Shown piece by piece: positions 26,208-37,100 of a DNA stretch of 47,102 nucleotides. The position numbers and the translations under genes were made by a program. The notes under the pieces were generated by a model. It did no database searches. It was not told the origin of the DNA and was given only the letters and a program-made list of their open reading frames with translations. This DNA is from a virus (lineage: Duplodnaviria > Caudoviricetes). Within the stretch, counting starts at the first letter, position 1, and the number at the start of each line of letters is the position of its first letter. The DNA is taken from positions 1 to 47,102 of IMG/VR virus record IMGVR_UViG_3300027798_000068. One strand, 5' to 3'.

Positions 26208-27059
26208 TTAATAAAAGTTAGTTACAACAACTATACCTGGACGGCCATCTGACCCTCTATGCCCGTGAAAGTGAGCGCCTGCTCCACCCGTTCCTGGAGC
26301 TGTATGTGTTTGATGATTGTGTGCAAAGTGACCGCCTTGTGGGTGATTGCCCGGTGCGCCACCTCCAAAGAATGTATTTGCACAACTTTGAGCACTGTAA
26401 GCGTGATGGCTAAAACCACCTCCACTGTGAATATTTAAATTTCCACCTGAGCCTGAGCCACTTACACCACCACTGTGTTGGTTTTGTCTATTGGCTCCGT
26501 GTCCACCACCTGCTGACACATACGGTCCAAAACTGGTTCCGTCGCCATTGCCACCTGCACTTGCGTAGTATGTGCCGCTTCCGCCGCCACCTACTGAAAT
26601 ACCTACTGAGCCGATGCCAGTTACATCTAAGAATCTTTCGGCATATCCGCCGGCGCCGCCACCTTCGCCGTGGCCACTGCCACCGCCGGCACCTGCTTGT
26701 ACTTGTACTTTGATGTACTTAACGCCTGCAGGTCGTGTCCAGGTGCCGCCACCTGTCCACACTTGCATACTTTGAACACCGTGATTTTCCCAACTTAGCC
26801 CAGATCCGTTACTTTGAAGTGCTCTATTAGCACCGCCGAAGCTTCCTAGATTTAGGCCGCCTGCTGAAACAGTTAATGTTCCCGTTACTGTCGATGTACT
26901 AACATCAACGGCACTAGATGCTAACTCTGCTGCCCCAATAACACCTGATTGCATTTTAGATGCATCAATTGAACCGTCTGCTAGATCAGCAGCCGTCAAT
27001 GTGCCGTCAATAATTGACGTATTTGTAATGTTCTTAAGTGTTTGATAATTAAACGGCAT
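26208..27059 (-). CDS. His-rich glycine-rich fibre/adhesin-like protein C
   Basis: Paralog of A and B with the MPFNYQTLKN start, NHPQGGHFAHNHQTHTAPG and HFHGHRGSDG. Confidence 0.7.
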   Translation of the reverse strand: MPFNYQTLKNITNTSIIDGTLTAADLADGSIDASKMQSGVIGAAELASSAVDVSTSTVTGTLTVSAGGLNLGSFGGANRALQSNGSGLSWENHGVQSMQVWTGGGTWTRPAGVKYIKVQVQAGAGGGSGHGEGGGAGGYAERFLDVTGIGSVGISVGGGGSGTYYASAGGNGDGTSFGPYVSAGGGHGANRQNQHSGGVSGSGSGGNLNIHSGGGFSHHAYSAQSCANTFFGGGAPGNHPQGGHFAHNHQTHTAPGTGGAGAHFHGHRGSDGRPGIVVVTNFY

Positions 27060-27071
27060 AATTTTCCTCTA

Positions 27072-27842
27072 TTAGATACCTGAATCTACTAACCATCCGT
27101 TAGTTGCTCCTGACCAAATTAGGCCAAAGGCAGCGCCGTTTGTGGACACAGTCATGCTGTCTAACTGACCCATAATTCTGTTACCGTTATTTCCAATAGT
27201 TAAATTTCTTACACTGAAAGTTCTTGCAAAATCGATGAATCTTATTTGGTCGCCTAGTGTTGGGCTTGCTGGTAGTGTAATTGTAATTGGTGCTGATCCC
27301 GTGTCAGCAAACAATCTATCGCCTGCAGATGCTGTGGTGCCACTACTCTGTACAACCCAAGGCTTACCATACTTAGTTTCAACAAACGTCTTAGTCATTA
27401 AGTCATAAGTGTTTGTCGGTGTAAAGCTAGAACTAGCTGTTACAGCACTGCCGTTAATTTGTAACGTACCTGTTACTGTTACGTTGTTAGTAAATGTGCC
27501 TGAACTGCGGTTATCTGGACCGTTAGTAGTACCCATTACCAGCCAGTTAGTACCATCTGAATATAAGTTAATAGATCCGTTTTGTACCAGTGTTTGGGTT
27601 GCGCCGCCTGATGCAACATTAGGTGCACCTTGGAAAACACCGCTAGGTGTTGATAATGTTACAGTGCCAGTAGTTGCATTAAAGAAATGTGCGCCGGCAC
27701 CAAGAAACATCATTGGATTTGGAACTGTAACAGTATACGGTGCCGTTCCTGTTAATTTAGTAACAATACTTTCGTTAGGGGCAGTAAGAGTTACGGCTCC
27801 AGTTGCAGTTGTAACTAGGTTTGTAGTGTTATATCGTGCCAT
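27072..27842 (-). CDS. Fibre-attachment protein with T4 gp34 N-terminal-type repeat
   Basis: AGDRLFADT...ITITLPASPTLGDQIRFID...NLTI..NGNRI...GW resembles the repeats of the proximal long tail fibre. Confidence 0.55.
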   Translation of the reverse strand: MARYNTTNLVTTATGAVTLTAPNESIVTKLTGTAPYTVTVPNPMMFLGAGAHFFNATTGTVTLSTPSGVFQGAPNVASGGATQTLVQNGSINLYSDGTNWLVMGTTNGPDNRSSGTFTNNVTVTGTLQINGSAVTASSSFTPTNTYDLMTKTFVETKYGKPWVVQSSGTTASAGDRLFADTGSAPITITLPASPTLGDQIRFIDFARTFSVRNLTIGNNGNRIMGQLDSMTVSTNGAAFGLIWSGATNGWLVDSGI

Positions 27843-27856
27843 GTTTTTTCGCCCAA

Positions 27857-28177
27857 TTATGTTGTTGAAGTTTCAATGCCGTATACAGTTGTGAATACCC
27901 CTGACGCATTGCTACTAACACCAACAATATTTAATCCTGCATTTAAAACTAAACCAGTTCTTTCAAATACACCGTTACCTGGGATAACTGTGTTCCATTC
28001 AATCCATTCACTAGAGCTCGGCGTTGTTGTTGACGCCAATGCTAGTTTTAGTGTAACTGAGGTTGCGTTCTGATTTGTAATAGAAACGTTTGCAATAGCA
28101 TAGTACCCGGTTGGTACCGTGTACAATGTTGTATTACTGCTTCCTACTTGAAATGTTGCTAATCTTCCTGTTGCCAT
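27857..28177 (-). CDS. Small beta-rich virion protein
   Basis: 106 aa with TLYTVP, ITN and GLVL...VYGIE; GGAGA RBS. Resembles 45401-45733. Confidence 0.6.
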   Translation of the reverse strand: MATGRLATFQVGSSNTTLYTVPTGYYAIANVSITNQNATSVTLKLALASTTTPSSSEWIEWNTVIPGNGVFERTGLVLNAGLNIVGVSSNASGVFTTVYGIETSTT

Positions 28178-28192
28178 GTTTTATTTCTCCAT

Positions 28193-31100
28193 TTATCGTT
28201 GCATAAAGAATCCAAGGGCAACGGGTGCTCCGTCTATGCCGCCTGTAAAATTCATCTTAGCGTTTATATTAATTTGTACGCCAGTAGTAGTACTTATCGT
28301 ATTACCGGCAATGTAAACTACACCAGATGTTAGTGTATTTACATTCAATGAGCTTTGACCCCCACCAATTTGGGCTGTAATATAGCTTCTAATTGCTCTC
28401 TGTGTAGGAACAACATTATCGCTGTTAGCTGTAAAATATGGGTCTGTTGAGAATTGCGTAATAATCGCACTACCAACACCTAATTCTACTGCTCCCAACT
28501 GTAAGCTATTCAAACCGCTTAGATTAAATGCTGACGCATTTAATGTAGCAGTACCAGTTGCTTGTTGTACTCCAAATAAGCCACCAACGTTGAAGTTACC
28601 GTCTTGGTCAGTACTTGTAAAGAATACTCGTCCGCCGCCACTAGCCAACTGTTGGTTAGCTGTAACTGGCTGATTGTAAGGAATCCCTGGATAATTTGTG
28701 CTGGCAAAGTTGCCAGTACCAATGTACAAGTAATCATGTCCAGTTAAACGAACTTGTGAATACTTGAGTCTAGTTGTTACTATGTCGCCATGATTTGGCG
28801 CTTGGTAGACTGTAATTGCTGGGTTAATTTGAAGCTGTGCAGAATAATTGCCTGCTTCACCTAACACGTTAGTTACTGTAACTAGTTTAAACCATATACC
28901 TGGAATACTTGCAAATTCTACGTTAGCACCAGGCTGTGGTAGTGCATATAATCCTGAAAGATTAACAAACGTACTTGGTTGATACAAGTTAGCACGACCG
29001 TCACCAATAATATCTGCACTGGCAGTTGTATTAGCAAGGCCTCTGTTTGTGAAGCTTGGGTTACCTAGCGCACCGTCACCTTGACGAACACGAACTGCTA
29101 CAACTTTAATCTTGTTAGGATCTGTAATAGTTGCAGTAGAACTTGCTCTGTAAATCAAGTTGCTAGCCGTTGCAGTATTTAATGTTACTGGTGTTGCTGA
29201 TCCCGGAGTAGCACTGACTTTAAATTGTGTGCTGGTAATAGTTGAACCAATTACATAGTATGTTCTTTCAATTACTAGGCCGCCAGCAGTTGTTCCAAAG
29301 AATTCAATTGGCTGCGAATCTACTAAGTTTGTAGTATCATTAACTGTAATTAAATTAGTTGATGTTGTAGTTGCACTAACAGTGCCTTTGGCAAATCCTG
29401 AACCTGGTTCAATCATACGTATTTCAGTTACTACGCCGCTGGCTGTTCTTACTCTACCTAGAGGTCTTGCACCAGTCTTGAAGCTGGCTCCAACTGTGCC
29501 ACTAGAACTAGATGCCGCAATCCAAATTGGACTGTTGCCTAGTGTAGCGTTAACTGGATTACCAAATGCTAACGCTGACCAGTTAGTACTGGATGGCATT
29601 GCTCTTTGAGTCCAAGTTACACCGTCTGAACTTGTTGCACAGATTGGTGTTCCGCTAGCAATAGCAAAGAATAAACCTTGACCGTAGGAAACGTGGGTCC
29701 AGTTAACTGCACTAGGTAAGCCAGCTGGGCTTGAATTCCAAGTTACTCCAGTATCATAACTATAAGCTACTGATCTTGAGTTGCTTGCAATAGCAACAAA
29801 ACGTCCGTTACCGTAGGCAACGCTGGTCCAGGTGCTCAATGCTCCTGGTAAATTGCCGCCAGCAGTCCATGAACTTCCATTAGAACTGTGTGCTGTACCG
29901 TTGTTTGAACTAATTGCAAGGAATTTGTTGTTACCATAAGTAACTGCGGTGTATGTTCCTGCACCTAGTGTAGGTATAGTTCTTGCAGTCCAGTTTTGAC
30001 CGTTAACACTTGATACGCATCCGTTGGTTCCGCCAACTGCAACAAATACTCCACTACCATATGTAAGGCTTGCCATAGCAGTTGAGAATGCATTTCCAGC
30101 TGTCCATGCAGTGCCTAGGCCTGCTGGAGTTTGGTAAGCATTATTTGTGCCGGCAATAGCAATGTACTTGGCATTGCTGTCAACAATTGACACTGTAGGC
30201 GTAGAAGTATAACCGCTTCCACCGTCATTACCAACTGCAATTGAGCTTACGCCTGTGTTGGTTAATGTTGCTGTAGCAGTAGCTTGGTTGCTTGAACCGC
30301 CACCGCTTAGTGTAACTGTTGGAGCAGATGTATAACCTCTACCCCATGAACTAACAACAATTCTTGTAACTCTGTCAGTTGCCGCTGTTACTGCTGGAGC
30401 CACACTATATCCTGATCCTGGAATTGATACTGTTACTGTAGCAATTGCGCCGTTTAGCACTGTACAGGTAGCAGTTGCACCAGTACCAGGGCCGCCAAAT
30501 AATATAGTTGGTGGTGTAGTATAACCCACACCGCCGTTAATAACTCTTACTGTGGCAACCTGATCTGCGGTAGCGGCGCCTGTTGTATTAGCTACACCTA
30601 ATATTGCTTCTAATACCGCGCCTTGTCCGCCTAATCCGCCAACAACTGCTGTTGCAACTGCATCTTGTCCGCCGCCAAATACAACATCATTCCATGTTGA
30701 GCTAGATGGTAGGGCGCCTGCATTTGCCCATGTTATTCCATCATTAGAATAAGATGTTGCTGTGCCGCCAGTTGCAACTGCTACAAATTTCTCACTGCCG
30801 TACGTGGCAGCTGACCATTGTGCAGTAGCACTCATAGATCTTGCAGTGCCTGTAAATCCAGGTGCTGTGTAGCTAATACGTGGTTCAACAATGTATGCTG
30901 TTGTCAAATCTAATGCATTTACAATCGGTGTTCCTGCAACAATATGATCCCATCCACTTTCGTATAGTGTAATAGATTGGCCAGTAGTAGTACCAACTGA
31001 TAATGCGGCTCCGCCTGTTGCAGATGCAACTCTAAACTGTGTGCCGTTAGTAACACTCTGTACATAATACACTGTATTAGCCGCTAATGTTCCTATTGCT

Positions 31101-34100
31101 GCCGAGAATATTACTGGTTGATTTACATATAAGTTTACAGTTGTTGAAGTTGTAATATCACTACCGCTAGACGCTGTTAAGGTCAATGGAGTAAAACTAT
31201 CTTTCCACACTGTTGCTTCTTTGCTACCGTTGCTAAAAATTAATACGTTGGCATATTGGCCGACGCCTGTTCCGCCTGTAATTTGTACTCTCATACCAAC
31301 ATATGCACCGCTTAGTGCAGTATCAGTAGCAGCCAATGTAATTGTTGTCTTTGAGCCACCCTGTGCCGCATTTGCCGCACCTGCGTAGTTAGTACCACCA
31401 ACACCGTTTCCGTCATTTAGATCAATGATTCGTGTTTCAAATACAGCAGTATCACGGAACTCATCACCAATTGCAGTAGCATTATATCCTGCACCGTTGA
31501 TAGTAGGTGAGTGGTTAGTATAATTCTCACCAGCATTACCAAATTCAAATCTTAAAACGCCGTCAACGCCGTCGGTTACTACGTTAGTGACCAGTGCCTG
31601 GAATGCTTTATTATCTATTGTTCCATAGATAGGTACTTCGTAGCTGTCAACGCCTTCTGCAACTACTCCGTATGTACCATATGAACTGTTACCGTTAGTA
31701 GCACGGATACGTCCACCTAGCTCTGCCATATACCCAGCATAACCGTAATATGAGAACACAGAAACAAGCTCTGTTAAAGCATTGTTACCAGTACACCATA
31801 CACCAATACCGTCACTTAATACCTGTGTAAAGTCGTTTGACACGATAGAGCGATTGCCGCCTGCGTGTAAGGCACCGTCAATTTTACAGCCCACACATGC
31901 AGTACCAAATGTTGTTACGTTTTGTACGTAACATGATCTGCTGGTAACCCATGCACGACTATCATTTGGACCAAAGCCTGGATCAAGACTTACATATGCA
32001 CCTGCTGTTGGACGCTTGGTACCAAAGTCATTAGCTTCTGTTAATTCGCCAGTTAAGCCGCTTACTGTCATGTTACGAACACCAGTTGAATTTCTAACAT
32101 AGAACATGTCTGACTTAATAGAACCACCTACTGCATTATTATACAAGTTGGCTGCAAACAATGATTTATAGTTACCAGTGTATTCTAAATCAAAGATCAA
32201 TGCGTTAATATATTCTCTCATATCTCTACGACAGAGCGCTGGCTCAAATCCGTATGTTGCTGTTGCAACTCCAAATCCTGCAGATACTGCTAATGTAGAT
32301 CCGGCAAGTGTTGGATTTTCAACTGTAAATGTTGTTGTACTAGGTACAGTTAGAATCTTATAAGTTTGGCCGGCTGTTACTCCGCCAATCACACCACCGA
32401 TCACAGTAGTTAACGTACCGGTGCCATCTATTAGATCAAATGTTGCTCCGCCTGTGGTTTCGCTAATTGTAATCTGGGTTGATGTTTCAATAGTCTTTAC
32501 ATAGTATGTAACACCCGACATAAGATTACCGAACCCTGTGCCTGTAAACACTATCGGCATGTTAGCTACAACGCCAACAGTATTTCCAATAGTTACACGA
32601 TCATTACTGCCAGTGGTTGCTACAGCAATAGTATTAACTGTAGTTGCTGTAAACACTACAGGGTCACCTGCTACTAAATTATGTGCAGAACTTGTTGTAA
32701 ATGTGTTAGTTGGATTGCCTTGTGTTGAAACTACTGTTCCGCCAAAATTAGCACTGATCCAAGCAGTTGCTTCATTTTCTAAGAACGGTTTGTTAGCACG
32801 TAATATTTCAGCACCATTAATTGTTGCCAACGTGTTGTTGTATGTTATAGTACCAACGTATTCAGGAGTCTCGCCAATTCCTTTATCAAGAATATTGATA
32901 ACAACATCCATGGCTGCTCTTGCTCTTGATCTAGCAGTGGCGTTATTAGCTACTACTGTGGTAATCTGAGTCTTTAAGAATCTTAAAGCACCAATTGTTG
33001 CTGATTTTTGAGATGTCAATACAACTAATGCACTGGCAACTGCTCTGTGATAGGCCATACCAGCTTTTACAGATCTGTAGTTTGCATCAAACAACATGTC
33101 ATAACCAACTGCATCAATAATTAACCCAATGTCTCTTGAACAAGTCCCAGTATTATACACTAATGTTGGATAGTTTGTATTAATGTATGAAATTACGGCT
33201 GCTTGAATTGTTGCTCTTGCAGTTTGAAGACCAGTGTTTTGTGCAACTAATGTTGCATCAACCCAGCCAGTGCTAGCCAATGACGGTGACGGAATTACTC
33301 CAGTATCAATAATTCCAGTAATAATATCTACCAATGCTCCAACAGTGCTGGCCTCTGTGCCTGTTCCTGTTGGACCTGTTACTCTAGTAACACCTAATTG
33401 CAGGGCGGTATAAACGCCACCTTGTGCAATTGCTTGAACTATTGTTTTTAATACTCCATAGGCAGCTAATGTAGCTACTTTATCGTTTGCATCAATTTGT
33501 AATTCTGTGTATGAATAATAGGCAGCACCTGCTTGATTGCTGGCAAAGTTTCCACCATAGGTTAAATCGTAGCGCAATGCGTCAATGATGTACCCAATAT
33601 CTTGTCTACAACTAGCTTGGCTGTAATTATTACCGGGATAATTTGTTGTTAGATATTGAATTAATTCGGCTTGAACAAATTCTTTATTTGCCCATATTAA
33701 ATTCTTAGCATTTGCTGAATTAGTTGTTATTGTGTACGGATTTGGCCATGTTAATCTTGGCACAGCGCCGCCTGTGATATATGTTGTTATATCATCAATA
33801 GTGGTTTTAACTTTAACTACGGATCCAGATGCAACAACACTCTTAACTTTGTATTTTAAGAATTTTAACAATCCTAGTGTTGCAGACTTTTGACTAGATA
33901 TAACAGTCTGCGCTGAACTAATACCTCTATAGTAAGATTTACCTGCAATAGTTGAAGCAAAGTTAGATCCAAATAGCATATCATAACCAAGAGCATCAAC
34001 AATTAAACCTACGTCTCGTGAGCATGTTGACTCATTGAATGTCAGAGTCTGATTAAACTTCTTAACCCAACCTACTGCATCACTTTGAATTTCAGCTTTT

Positions 34101-37100
34101 GCTGCCTGTAGAGCAGTGTTGGCAGCAACAATGTCGCTGGCAACCCATGCAGTTGACGGAGCAATCACTGCTGGGGATGTACCGTTGGTAATCCAGTCAA
34201 TGACGTTTTGCATACGATCTTGTGCAAATGTGGCTGCTGATGCATTACCACCTGTACCAGTTACTACCTGTGGAGTACTATTTCCAGCTTGCGGAGTAAC
34301 AGCTAATTTTTGTGCAACGTCGTCAATGATGCTCTTCATGTGAGTGTAGGCTGCAATAGTTGCGGCTTTGCTGTATGACGGAATTGTCAACAATGTGTAA
34401 CTGAAATATGCACTACCTGTGATTAGTGTTTGTGTATTTCCACCATAGGTAATGTCATAACGGATAGCATCTAAAATGTATTCAACATCTCGTTGGCATT
34501 TGGCTTGTCCTGTTGCACCAAGCTGTACCCATACGCTGTTGAAGTTGTTAGAAATATACTGACTAACATCTGCTTTAATAAAGGCATAGTTTTGTGCTAT
34601 CTGTGTTCTAGCATTGGCAAAGTTTGAATCGTAGCCTGTTGGGTCTGGAATTGACTCAACTGGAGCACCGCCTAGACCGTTAGCTAAAATATCGTACATG
34701 ACGTCTACGTTAACCATTGTTCTATCAATAGCAGTTTGACTACCCACATCACCTGCAGGCAATGTAGTAACTTGAGTTGCAGTATTGCCAGTAGTTGGTG
34801 TTATTGCAATATTTTGCATAACATCACTAGTAATATTTTTAATTCTAGTAAGTGCTGAAATAGTCTTTGTTTTATCATTGGCTAAACTAGCTATTGCTGG
34901 AGCAGGTTGAATAACTGAACCGCGAAGCTCGTCACCAACAAGTGCTACATTTTTTGGCACAACAATTGGCAAGATCTCAAAGAATGTACCTGTCTTGATA
35001 CTAATTGTTGTATTAGCTTGTACTCCCACTGGGATTGCTGTTGCACTGCCTGCTTGTATACCTTTTACAACAATATCTACTAGGCTTACTGCAACGTCAT
35101 CAATATCTGCTTCTGCTGTCAGTGTTAAGTCAATGTTTTGAATTGCTTGATTACCAACAGATACGCCATTAAGTGTTTGATAATTACTTGCAGGGGTAGC
35201 GTTGTTTAAAACTGATGCTACTAATACTTTTAGATAGTTATAGGCTGCAACTGTTTGTGTTGCTTGTTGGCCGAAATTGCTAGTGATATAAGCATTGCCA
35301 AGTACGGTATAATAAGATCTTGCAACTTTAACTGAGTCGTCGGTACCGCCATGGCCTATATCGTAAACTAACGCATCTACAATGTAGCCAACATCACGCT
35401 GACACTTGTTGTAGTCATAGGCTAATGAGCCAGTCATTGCGGCAGTTTGTGTACCCAATGCTCGTACTATGCCGCCTTGTGTGTTGCTAATTGTAAAATG
35501 TGTACCGTCAATTACTTGTTTGACAAAATATTTTGTGCCAGCAGTTACTCCACCTACAGTTCCGCTGAACTGTATTGGCATGTTGGCCGTCAACGAGCTA
35601 GTTGAACCTGCTGTAAATTCGTTTGTTGCGGCACTAGATGCAGTGATATTAACAGTGTACGTATATGTAACCCAGTTGCTTACTTCTTTCATTAAGAACT
35701 GTTTGTTCTTAGCCAGTAATGCTGTTGAATTTTTATACAAATATCCGTCTTCAATCTGCTTACATGCATATCGAACCGTTTTCCAAGGCTTGTCTAAAGT
35801 TAAGCCGTAGCCGCCTTCGAGACTGTCAACGCCTGTAGGAGCAACATATACTAGGTTATTAATAACCCCGTAGTATGCCCATTTTGGATATGCTCCTGAA
35901 ACACGTAATAGTTGTCCATCTTGACCTAGTGGTAAGCGTGTAGGACCTGTATCGCCATAATAGAATATATCACCTTTGGTAGTTAGTGATGCAGATTCTG
36001 CACCAGCAGTTAACAAATTCCAATAGGTGGCTGTGATGTCGTTGTCTGGTCTGTTTGGTGTTGCGCCGATGTGCGCATCAATACAAATGTAGCTGTTAGC
36101 ACCAAAGAATACAACATCGCCTAACACATAGGCTGTACCTGTTTCCCATGTAGTTGAAATACCTGCTACTGTAACAGCAGTAATTGTACCACTGCTCACG
36201 CCGGTAACAGTTATAGTAATATCGTTTACTGGAGTAATACCGCCTACTAGTGAACCTAAAATCTTAATTTGATTAGTGGTAGCGTAGCCGCTTCCTACGT
36301 TGTTAACTGTAACAACGTAAGTTGTATTTTGTCTTGTTATGTCAAATGTTGCACTGGTTCCAGTGCCGGACAAGTTAGTTCCAGAGACTCCTGTGTAAGT
36401 ACCATTAGAAGGTGCCCACTTTAATCCAGAATTTAATTTTGCCCAGTAAGCACCTGTGGGAGGTACTTGATTTGTACTGTCTGCTGTGGCTAGGTAAGTG
36501 TAGCCGCCTAGTCGTACCACATCACCAACTTTATAATCAGTTGCACTGTCCCAATCGTTACGGAAATTAAAACCAGTAGTGAATACATCCCAATCTAGTG
36601 GGCTTGATGTTGGAGTAGCGCCAGTGTTGTTTCTTTTGGCAATATAAGAGTAACCACCGTAGGTAACAGTATCGCCTATTTGGTATACTTCAGTATTGTT
36701 CCAAGAATTTTCAAATTCAAAACCGTTTAAGAAAACACTGAACTTGTCTGTTGGAAATGGACTGTTGTCGGAAGTGTGGTGTGCTGTACAAATCCAAAGG
36801 TCTGCACCGTACTTGACAATGTCATTAATACGATAGCGAGTTGCATCAGCAACCCATTCGTTTCTATAAACAATACCTTGATTGAATACATCCCACTTGA
36901 CCAAATCTGCTTCTAATCCAACACTGGCAGAAGCGTTAGATATATGTGGGGTATTACATACATAGGTAGTTCCACCGTATGTAACAAAATCGTTAACTTT
37001 GTAACGAACTGCGGTTGCCCAGGCACCCTTCCAGTCAAAACTTTCTGCAAAAAGATCCCAACTGGCTAAATTTTGTTCAAGTCCTAAGAAATTAGGTGAC

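Noticed and set aside
24466-27059. DGR template/variable repeats or a CRISPR-like array in the repeated DNA of the three paralogs
   Set aside because: No reverse transcriptase is in the window, the differences are not obviously adenine-specific, and the repeats are in-frame parts of intact paralogs with no repeat-spacer periodicity.
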